The notes under the pieces were generated by a model. That model was not told the DNA's origin, made no database searches, and worked only from the letters and a program-made list of their open reading frames with translations. A stretch of DNA of 64,000 bases, from the NCBI GenBank assembly GCA_050633305.1, contig JBOEGF010000009.1, positions 62,314-126,313 of the forward strand, given 5' to 3'. Shown here piece by piece: positions 38,673 to 46,466 of this stretch. Origin of the DNA: Nannocystales bacterium. GTDB taxonomy: Bacteria > Myxococcota_A > Polyangia > Nannocystales > Nannocystaceae. How positions within the stretch are numbered: the first letter of the stretch is position 1; every line of letters starts with the position of its first letter. The position numbers and the translations under genes were made by a program.

Positions 38673-38709
38673 GAAGAAACCCCGGCCGCAATGCGATCGG
38701 GGTTTCTTC
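38673..38709. terminator. Bidirectional terminator
   Basis: GAAGAAACCCCG...CGGGGTTTCTTC between convergent genes. Confidence 0.8.
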
Positions 38710-38753
38710 GTTGCCGCATGAGCCGGAGCTCGCACGGCGGTTGAGGCTATTGC

Positions 38754-38975
38754 CTACTCTTCGGCGGTGGGCGCCTCAGCGTCAGCCTCTTCGGCGGACT
38801 CTTCAGCAGCTTCGTCGGTGGACTCTTCGGTGACGTCGTCAGCCGAGGGAGCCTCAGGGGTCTCAGGCGCCTCGGGGGCGGCAACGTCGGGGGTCGCGGT
38901 GTCGGGGGTGGACTTGTCGCAAGCAACGAGGGTGCCGGCAGCCGCAACGATGAGAAGCAGGTTGGTGATCTTCAT
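38754..38975 (-). CDS. Small acidic disordered lipoprotein (73 aa)
   Basis: AAGGAAG RBS; MKITNLLLIVAAAGTLVAC lipobox; E/D/A/P/T-rich body. Confidence 0.8.
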   Translation of the reverse strand: MKITNLLLIVAAAGTLVACDKSTPDTATPDVAAPEAPETPEAPSADDVTEESTDEAAEESAEEADAEAPTAEE

Positions 38976-39194
38976 GCTGGTCGCTTCCTTGTGGAGGGCG
39001 AGCCGAAAGAGCTCGCGATTCGGCTTGATTACCCCAAGCCGGCGCACTTGTGAACCCGGGCCCTAGAGCATTCCTGCGCACAATGACGCGCAGACGCACG
39101 ATCCGTAAGCATCTGCACGGGTTTCGCGCAGTCCGTGCGGTCCGGACGCTGACAAAACAGACGTCCCGACGAGCCGGACGGTAGGATCGCGCTG

Positions 39195-39563
39195 ATGGGG
39201 ACCCTTGGAAAGCTGTGGCCGTTGGTCTTGTTCGCCTCGTGCTGCGGGCTCGCCTACCAAGGGTGGGCCAACAGCCAGACTCCCCATCCGGTCGATGCGC
39301 AGGCGGAAGCGATCGCCTGCGAGGAACTCGACGCTTGCGGAGGCTCAGCGGCGAACTGGTCCGAGCTCGAGACCTCACCGTTCGTCCGGATCTACCGGAT
39401 CGATTCGGGCAGCGGTCCGGTCACGATCGAGTGCCGATGGTCCGCCGTCATGTTCGGCACGATCTCGTGCCTCGCAGACCGCGAGAGCATTGCCGACGTC
39501 CCAAAAGAGAAACCAGACCAGCGCCCCCACGAGCTTCGCCGGGGCAACAGTAAGCGCCGCTAA
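39195..39563 (+). CDS. Hypothetical exported protein with Cys pairs
   Basis: Hydrophobic N-terminus; TAGGAT 7 nt before ATG. Confidence 0.65.
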   Translation: MGTLGKLWPLVLFASCCGLAYQGWANSQTPHPVDAQAEAIACEELDACGGSAANWSELETSPFVRIYRIDSGSGPVTIECRWSAVMFGTISCLADRESIADVPKEKPDQRPHELRRGNSKRR

Positions 39564-39855
39564 AGCCCGCCAGATGGCAACCGCCGCCGGGCCGATTGGG
39601 GTCGCAGCCGCCCCGCGCATCTGGCCTTCCATCGCACCACCAGCTGCCAACCCTGCTGAACCCCAACCCCCGAGTCAAGCCAGAGACGAGGGCTGCCGAA
39701 CAGCCCACGGGCCGCCCGGTCGCGGACGCCGAAGCGACGAGCAACCCCCCCCACCGGTCGCCCGGTCGTGGACGCCAACCGCCGAATCAAGCAGGAGGAG
39801 CGAGGCGACGAGCAAGCGCTACGGGGTGCGGGGCGAAGCTCTCTTGGGTGTCCGG

Positions 39856-40055
39856 GTTGCCGCGACCTCCCCGGTGGGGAGGGCGCGACAACGCAAGAGG
39901 CCCCTGGCCTTTGGGGGCTCAGGGGCGTTGAGGCTCTGTTGGGAGGCGGCGGTGATGCCGGCTCCCGAGCGCACGCGTTGTCGCGACAGGGGTCGCGAAA
40001 CTCTTTCGCGCTTACGCGTTGTCGCGACCTCCCCGTTGGGGAGGGCGCGAAACGC
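39856..40055. repeat. REP-like palindromic repeats (two copies of about 38 nt plus a partial copy)
   Basis: GTTGYCGCGACCTCCCCGKTGGGGAGGGCGCGA at 39856 and 40018; ACGCGTTGTCGCGAC at 39973 and 40014. Confidence 0.75.
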
Positions 40056-40937
40056 TCAAATAAAGCTCGGGAGCCGAGGCGAGTTGCTCGAGGTGAGCCG
40101 CCGGTGCCAGAGCTGAACGCCGATGAAGTCGCCGGAGGGCTTGACCACGTGATCGGTGAGCCGGGCGGTGACCTTGAAGCCGAGTGTCGCGTAGACTTGG
40201 TTGCAGAACTCGTCGTCGACGGGGCTGAGGCCGAACACGCTGGCGGTGTCCATCTTGAGGAGTTCATCGAGCAGGGCCCGCATGGTGAACTCGTACTGCG
40301 GCATGTCGTCCTCCTTGAGGGGGACGGTCATGAGGTCGACCTTGGCGTGGCCGAAGGAGCTGTCCGTCTCCGCGCCAAGCCAGATCTCGCGCTTGCCCTG
40401 TTTGCCGTGGACGGCCACGTCGGGGTGGAACATGCCGCGGCGGAAGGGGGCGTAGACCGAGCCGTCTTGCAGCGTCTCGGTGATCGCCTTGAGCCGGTCC
40501 TCTTCGGTGACGACCTCGAGGTTCAGACCGCGAGGCTTGCTCTCTTGCGGCTCGCGCGAGGCGACGTTGGGGCCGGTGAGCTTGGGTGCTCCGCCTTGGA
40601 TGGGATCTCCATCCTCGGTGTAGACACGGCTCATGACGTAGGCGTCCGCGGTTCGGAAGTAGCCGGGGATGGCTCCTTCGCGAGAGAAACCGACGGAACG
40701 CCAGCTCTTGCTGTCCTGCTTCTCAACGACGGTGAACACCTTGCGCAGACCTTCGGCCCGAGCGATCCGGTCGAAGAAGTCGCGCTTCTGCTGGTAGTTG
40801 CCTACCCTGTAGTCGAACACGCGCAGGTTGTGATGGCGCCGATTCAGCAAGAAGCAGAAGTCGATGTCGCCCTTGCGGTAGTAAATCTCTTCGACGGGCT
40901 CTTCCGTTGGGACGGGAGCGGCTTGGGCTTCAGCCAT
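40056..40937 (-). CDS. Tandem GNAT-fold protein resembling beta-lysine N-acetyltransferase AblB
   Basis: KVFTVV..GFSREGAIPGYF..DAYVMSR and NQVYATLGFKVTARL..VQLWHRRL resemble AblB-family segments (from recall). Confidence 0.55.
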   Translation of the reverse strand: MAEAQAAPVPTEEPVEEIYYRKGDIDFCFLLNRRHHNLRVFDYRVGNYQQKRDFFDRIARAEGLRKVFTVVEKQDSKSWRSVGFSREGAIPGYFRTADAYVMSRVYTEDGDPIQGGAPKLTGPNVASREPQESKPRGLNLEVVTEEDRLKAITETLQDGSVYAPFRRGMFHPDVAVHGKQGKREIWLGAETDSSFGHAKVDLMTVPLKEDDMPQYEFTMRALLDELLKMDTASVFGLSPVDDEFCNQVYATLGFKVTARLTDHVVKPSGDFIGVQLWHRRLTSSNSPRLPSFI

Positions 40938-41083
40938 GCTTGGTTCTCGATTCAAGTCGGGGGAGAGTGTCCCGGGGGCTCGTGTCTGCTCACGCGTTCA
41001 CCGAGGGCCCTGAAAACACTACGTTTTGCCGGCCTGCGAGGCCAGCTCAGATGATTCCGTACCCCTACCACCTACATATTTTC

Positions 41084-42424
41084 ATGTCAAAGCGCGCCAA
41101 CACAATCGGCCTTGACGCAGGGCCCCGGCACCGGGTACCGGCTACCGCGCTCTGCGTGCTGAGCGCGGCCTTGGCGTGCCGACCGGAGACTGCACCGGCC
41201 CCAAAGACAGGTTGCACGAAAGATCTCGACTGCAAGGGCGAGAGAATCTGCGTCGACTCGTTGTGCGTCGACGCAGAACCGAAGGATGCCCTGCAGGGGC
41301 AGGCTGCGTCTCCAGCGTCGCCAGATGACTCCTGGAGACGGGGTGGCCCGGCGGGTGACCGCCCTTCGCGCGGGCGGGGGCCGGTGGAGCCACCCAAAGC
41401 GGCGTGGGAAGTCGATCTTGGCTCGGTTGTATTCGCGAGACCTACACTGGGGACGGACGCGAAAGGGCGCACGATCGCGTATGTGGGGACACACGCGGGC
41501 CGATTCGCGGGGGTGGTCGCAGATGGGCCCGGGGCGGGCTCCATCGTCACGGACATGACCGTGGGGGGCATGGTTTGGTCGACCGCTGCCCAGGACGGCC
41601 GAGGTCGTCTGTACGTAGGCGCCGACGACGACACGCTGTACGCAATCGAGCCCGCGGCGTCGAAGATCGTGTGGTCCAAGAAGCTCGGCGACTGCAAGCC
41701 CGCCCGAGCGCCGGGTCCCGAGGGCGCCCGGTGTGACGTGGACGGCGGTCCGACGCTGGGACCCGATGGCGACCTCTACGTCGGTGCGGACGGGGTCTAC
41801 CGCATCACGACCGGGGGCGCCGTGGTCTGGCATTGGCCCGCGGACGAGGACAAGGCCAAACACGTGTTCTCGAGCCCTTTGGTCACCAAGGAGGGGTTGG
41901 TCGTGTTCGGGGGCCAGGACGGCTTCGTCACCGCGCTCAACTCGGACGGAACGCTCGCGTGGCGGTACAAGGTGGGGGCCGATGTCGACGGCTCCGCTGC
42001 CGCTGGGATCGAGGGGTCGATCTACATCGGAGCCGACGACGGCCGCATGTTTGCCCTGCGCACAGATGGCAGCCTCAAATGGAGCTTCGTCTCTCAGAGC
42101 GACATCCGCTCCTCGGTCGCGGTTGCGGCCGATGGCACGATCTACCTGTCGTCGTTCGACGGGAACCTCTACAGCCTCGACCCCGCGGGGAACGTCCATT
42201 GGATGCTTCCATCCGGAGGTCGAATCGCGGCGTCCCCGGTGCTCGATGCCGACGAGGTCGTCTACGTGGGGAGCCAGGATGACCGACTGTATGCCGTGAC
42301 GCCGGAGGGCAAGGTACGGTGGAACGTCGAGTTCCCGACCGACATCGACAGCTCGGTGGCGATCACCGACGCGGGGACGCTGGTGGTCGGGTCCGACGAC
42401 GGCAAGCTTCGCGGTTTGCGTTGA
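41084..42424 (+). CDS. PQQ-like beta-propeller repeat lipoprotein
   Basis: ALAC lipobox, small Cys motif (CTKDLDCKGERIC), repeated YVGADD.LYA..G..W units. Confidence 0.85.
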   Translation: MSKRANTIGLDAGPRHRVPATALCVLSAALACRPETAPAPKTGCTKDLDCKGERICVDSLCVDAEPKDALQGQAASPASPDDSWRRGGPAGDRPSRGRGPVEPPKAAWEVDLGSVVFARPTLGTDAKGRTIAYVGTHAGRFAGVVADGPGAGSIVTDMTVGGMVWSTAAQDGRGRLYVGADDDTLYAIEPAASKIVWSKKLGDCKPARAPGPEGARCDVDGGPTLGPDGDLYVGADGVYRITTGGAVVWHWPADEDKAKHVFSSPLVTKEGLVVFGGQDGFVTALNSDGTLAWRYKVGADVDGSAAAGIEGSIYIGADDGRMFALRTDGSLKWSFVSQSDIRSSVAVAADGTIYLSSFDGNLYSLDPAGNVHWMLPSGGRIAASPVLDADEVVYVGSQDDRLYAVTPEGKVRWNVEFPTDIDSSVAITDAGTLVVGSDDGKLRGLR

Positions 42425-42511
42425 ACGCTCGCCTGGACTCCCGAGCATGGTCCCACGGGGACCGGTGGGGCCGGGTTTTCCGTTCGTCGGTTGGACTGAT
42501 AGCGTGCCGCC

Positions 42512-44740
42512 GTGGCTCGCAAGCCGAAACCGAAACCGAAGACGAAGGCTGCCAAGGCGAAGGCCAAGCGCGGCTCCCGAGGTTCTTCGACGGGCAGTCC
42601 GAAGCGCGGTTCCTCGAAGCCGTCGTGGCCCAAGGGATCGACGCGCCGCAAGCCCGCGGGGTCCGCCTCTTCTGCGGACTCGGGCTGGGAGCCCAAGACG
42701 CCGGGACGTGTGCGCCCGGGCGCGGCTCCTCGTCCCAGTGCGCCCCCGAGCGCGCGACACGACTCCTCGTCCGACCCACGGATCGTGCAAGGGAAGCTGC
42801 TCGTGAACCCGGCCGGGTTTGCGTTCGTCGACCGCGGCGACGGAGAGCCCTCTGTGTTCGTGCCGCCGCCGGAGCGCAACGGCGGAATGGATGGTGACCA
42901 GGTCATCGTATCGTGGACGCCTGGCGCACGAGGTCCCGAGGGCAGCGTTCGCTCGGTCATCTCCCGCGCACGGACTCGGGTGACCGGTGTGCTTCGCCGT
43001 CGTGGTCGTCGGTTGTTCATCGAGCCCGATGACCCGCGCGTCTTGGGAGAAGCCGACGTGTTGGCTGACACCACCGCGTCTCCGGGCATGGTCGTGGTCG
43101 CCACGATCGTCGACTACCCCGACCCTTGGAAAGACGGGTTCTCGGTCACCGTCGAACGGGTGTTGGGCGAGCCCGGGTCGCTGGCGACCGAAGAAGAGCG
43201 TGTCCTCGTTGAACATGGCGTCAATCCGCACCTCCCCCAGGCGGTGCTCGATGCTGCCGAACTCGTCCCGAATCGCGTGATGAAGGCGGACCGCGAGAAC
43301 CGGGCGGACATGCGGGAGTTCGACTTCATGACGATCGACCCGCCCGACGCGCGGGACTTTGACGACGCAGTGTGTGTCGAGCTGCTGGGCAAGGACCCGC
43401 GGCGAGCCAAGATGCGCGTCCACGTGGCGGTTGCAGACGTGTCGCACTACGTGCACGAAGGCGACATCTTCGATACCGAGGCTCGCAACCGGTACTTCTC
43501 CTGCTACCTGCCCTCTCGGGTCATTCCGATGCTTCCGATGCCGCTGAGCGCTGGGATCTGCTCGTTGGTGCCGAAGAAGGAACGCTGCGCGATGGTGGTC
43601 TCCTTCGACGTGGATGCGAGCGGCCGGATGAGCAAGGCCGAGGTCGCTGCGGCGGTCATCAAGTCGAAGGCGCGCCTCTCCTACGACCAGGCTGCAGCGC
43701 ACATGAGCGGCGCCAAGCTGCTCGACGAGGAGGTCGGGGCGCGTGTCGTCATGCTGCGCGCCGCGGCAGACCGACTTCGATCGGCTCGGCTCAAGCGTGG
43801 CGCGGTCGAGCTGCACCTGCCCGAGACGAAGGTCATTCTCGATGAGGATGACCGCGAACGGGTTCGCGACGTGGTGCAGGCCCGGCAGGATCCGGAGATG
43901 AAGCGCGCCTACAACCTCGTCGAGGAGCTGATGGTCGCCGCAAACGAGGGGGTGGGGCAGCTCGCCGTGGAGCACCGGCTTCCCGTGGTGTTTCGTGCTC
44001 ACGACCGCCCGGACGAGGCGCGAATCGAGCGTTTCACGCAGGTCGCGGGTTTGCTTGGCGTGGAGGTGTCCGCGGAGGACCTACGCTCCCCGCTGGCGTT
44101 TGGCGCCTTGCTCGAGCGCCTCGAGGATCATGAACGTCGGGCCCCGCTCAACGCACTGTTGTTGCGTACGCTCGCCCAGGCCGAGTACTCGACGCACAAC
44201 CTGGGTCACTTCGCGCTGGCGAGTCCGGCCTACGTGCACTTCACCAGCCCCATTCGTCGCTACCCCGACCTGATCAGCCACCGGGTGCTCAAGGCGTACC
44301 TGCGGCAGACCGGTGGCTTCTGCGGGCCCGACCCGGTGCCGCGAATGCCCTCGATGCGTGACAGCACCGCGCAGGCGGGAGCGTGCAGCGAGAAGGAGCG
44401 ATCGGTCACTCAGGCTGAGCGGGACGCCAAGGCGCTGCTGTGTGCTGCGTTCATGCGCGACCGGATCGGGGACCGTTTCGAGGCGTCGATCAACGGCATG
44501 TCGCAAGGAGGCCTGTACGTCACCCTCGACGCCCCTGCTGTCGATGGCATGGTCCGTCGGGCTCAGATCGAGCGGGAACTCCGAGAGAAGTTCGAGGTCG
44601 ACGACATGGGCGCCATCATGACCGGGGTCAAGAGCGGAAAGACGTTCGCGGTGGGCGACCGGCTCATCGTCGAGATCACCGACGTGTCGCTCCAGCGTCG
44701 CCAGATCGAAATGGCGATGGTCAGCAAGCTCAGCGACTAA
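42512..44740 (+). CDS. rnr: Ribonuclease R (RNB + S1)
   Basis: GFAFV, TIDPPDARDFDDA, VAVADVSHYV, HFTSPIRRYPDL, C-terminal S1. Confidence 0.93.
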   Translation: MARKPKPKPKTKAAKAKAKRGSRGSSTGSPKRGSSKPSWPKGSTRRKPAGSASSADSGWEPKTPGRVRPGAAPRPSAPPSARHDSSSDPRIVQGKLLVNPAGFAFVDRGDGEPSVFVPPPERNGGMDGDQVIVSWTPGARGPEGSVRSVISRARTRVTGVLRRRGRRLFIEPDDPRVLGEADVLADTTASPGMVVVATIVDYPDPWKDGFSVTVERVLGEPGSLATEEERVLVEHGVNPHLPQAVLDAAELVPNRVMKADRENRADMREFDFMTIDPPDARDFDDAVCVELLGKDPRRAKMRVHVAVADVSHYVHEGDIFDTEARNRYFSCYLPSRVIPMLPMPLSAGICSLVPKKERCAMVVSFDVDASGRMSKAEVAAAVIKSKARLSYDQAAAHMSGAKLLDEEVGARVVMLRAAADRLRSARLKRGAVELHLPETKVILDEDDRERVRDVVQARQDPEMKRAYNLVEELMVAANEGVGQLAVEHRLPVVFRAHDRPDEARIERFTQVAGLLGVEVSAEDLRSPLAFGALLERLEDHERRAPLNALLLRTLAQAEYSTHNLGHFALASPAYVHFTSPIRRYPDLISHRVLKAYLRQTGGFCGPDPVPRMPSMRDSTAQAGACSEKERSVTQAERDAKALLCAAFMRDRIGDRFEASINGMSQGGLYVTLDAPAVDGMVRRAQIERELREKFEVDDMGAIMTGVKSGKTFAVGDRLIVEITDVSLQRRQIEMAMVSKLSD

Positions 44741-45612
44741 CCGGGGTCGCTGTCGGGCTCGGGAACCTCGAGCGCGTCACCAATGGCCCACTGGGTCTGT
44801 GGCACGCGTTCGAGTCCTGCGATCGGATGGGCGATGACGCTGACGCCCTCGTCCACATGCACGACGTGCCGCTTGGTCTCCGAGGGCACGATGCGCGGCG
44901 CGTTTGGACTCGCCTGCTCGAAGGCGTGGAGCTGGCTGTCGAACTCGGCCTGCTCAGCCTCGCTGGGATGCAGGGAACCCGCGGCACGCAGTGCATAGCC
45001 CTGCAGTGCGGGGGCGTCGAACGGCTCGGCAAGCGCGCTGACGGCATGCCACAGCTCGGCATGCACGGCGAAGTCTTCGGCGCAGGCCGCCAGGGGGAGC
45101 AGGAGGCCTTCCTCGCAGGCCGTCATGGCGTCCTCGAACGCCTCACGCTGGGCGGAGACGTACGCGATGCACAGCAGGGCGCTCTTGTGGCTGGGCACCT
45201 GTGGGGCTTCGGGGATCTGCAGCGCCCGATGAGCAGCAGCGAGCGCATCGTCAGGGCGACCGACGTCACGGTACGCGAACGCGGCGTTGATCAGCTGGCG
45301 GCCCGCCGATGGATCTCCGTGTCGCGCGAATCGCTTGGCCGCCTCGACCCAGGTGTCTGCGGCTTCGCGCAGAGAATCGGTTTTCGCCAGTGCGTAGCCC
45401 AGTCGCGCCTGGCTTCCGGCCATCTCCATGCTGTCGTCGCCGAAGAAGGCCGCGTCGAACCGTACCCCGCAGTGCATCGCGAGCACCTCGTCGAGTTCGA
45501 GCATCTCGTGCACGACGCTTGCCGTCTCGTTCGACGACCCGGGCAGTTGGGTCATGAGCGTCTCGAATCGTTCGAGCAGCCCCGGCAGGGCCTCGCGAGG
45601 ATCGGTGGCCAC
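44737..45612 (-). CDS. Hypothetical helical/TPR-like protein
   Basis: Helical repeat pattern; sits 5 nt downstream of the barrel gene on the same strand. Confidence 0.6.
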   Translation of the reverse strand: MATDPREALPGLLERFETLMTQLPGSSNETASVVHEMLELDEVLAMHCGVRFDAAFFGDDSMEMAGSQARLGYALAKTDSLREAADTWVEAAKRFARHGDPSAGRQLINAAFAYRDVGRPDDALAAAHRALQIPEAPQVPSHKSALLCIAYVSAQREAFEDAMTACEEGLLLPLAACAEDFAVHAELWHAVSALAEPFDAPALQGYALRAAGSLHPSEAEQAEFDSQLHAFEQASPNAPRIVPSETKRHVVHVDEGVSVIAHPIAGLERVPQTQWAIGDALEVPEPDSDPG

Positions 45613-45617
45613 GGCTG

Positions 45618-46466
45618 CTAGAACTCAATCGCGAGGCCGGCAAACCAGGTGGCATCGCCGACGCTGATCGAGTTGCCAATACCGAGGTTGTCCAGTCGGC
45701 TGAACGAGAACTCGCCGAACACGTAGGTGTGGTTGATCCCCGTGGTCTGATCGAGCTTCTTGGCGGTGCCGCGCTCGATGAAGTCGAGGCGGAGCATCAT
45801 GCCGGCGTTGAGCGTGTAACCCCAGACCCCGCCGAGGCCCTTGTCGCCGTCTTCGTCTCTGGCGATGTTGCGGCGACCGTCCCGGGCCCAATACAGGGCG
45901 TACGTCGGGCCCGCCTTGGCGTACGGCACCAGTGGCACCTTGAAGCGATCGGCGAGCAACTCGAAGCGGTAGCTGATCAGTGCCGAGACCGGCAACAGCG
46001 TGAACGTGGCACTATCGGCCGAGCTGCGGATGGTGGTGTCTTCGGGGGTGGGGTTGGCGAGGATCGCGGAGGCCTTGTCGCGGAAGAACGCAACTTGGGT
46101 GCCCAGGCCGAGCGGTCCACCCGCGTAGAAGAACTGCCAGTCGAAGCCGAGCACCGGCATCAGACCATTCTTGGGCTCTTCGGTTGCCACCCCGCCGCTG
46201 TCCGTTTCGCCGAACAGGGTGGCGTAGGGCCCGAGACCCGACCCGTCGTACTTGCGGTCGATGTCCGGCAGGTACGGACCCATTTTGATCTCGACCGCAA
46301 ATCGCTGTGGCGAGCCAGGGCGCTTGAACTTGTCCCTGCGGCGGGCCCCGAAGTCGACGCTGCTTTGGCGTTCGAGCGCCTCGTCCGAGGGCGTCCCGGG
46401 CGGCGGCGCATCATCGGTGGCCGGCGCTGCGAGGAGCGCGGCTGCGAGAAGTCCCGCGGGGTTCAT
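45618..46466 (-). CDS. Outer-membrane beta-barrel, MXAN_2562-like family
   Basis: SPQRFAVEIKMGPYLPDID, PLVPYAKAG, GINHTYVFGE, terminal GLAIEF; family name from recall. Confidence 0.75.
   Translation of the reverse strand: MNPAGLLAAALLAAPATDDAPPPGTPSDEALERQSSVDFGARRRDKFKRPGSPQRFAVEIKMGPYLPDIDRKYDGSGLGPYATLFGETDSGGVATEEPKNGLMPVLGFDWQFFYAGGPLGLGTQVAFFRDKASAILANPTPEDTTIRSSADSATFTLLPVSALISYRFELLADRFKVPLVPYAKAGPTYALYWARDGRRNIARDEDGDKGLGGVWGYTLNAGMMLRLDFIERGTAKKLDQTTGINHTYVFGEFSFSRLDNLGIGNSISVGDATWFAGLAIEF

Noticed and set aside
39564..40055. Possible CRISPR array or tRNA in the repeat-rich intergenic region
   Set aside because: Only two copies per unit, irregular spacing, no cas genes and no cloverleaf or T-loop consensus.
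41087..44002. 971-aa minus-strand ORF (likewise 25566-27701, 35305-37602, 53303-55414)
   Set aside because: Antisense to well-supported genes (propeller/rnr, metG, htpG, module D).
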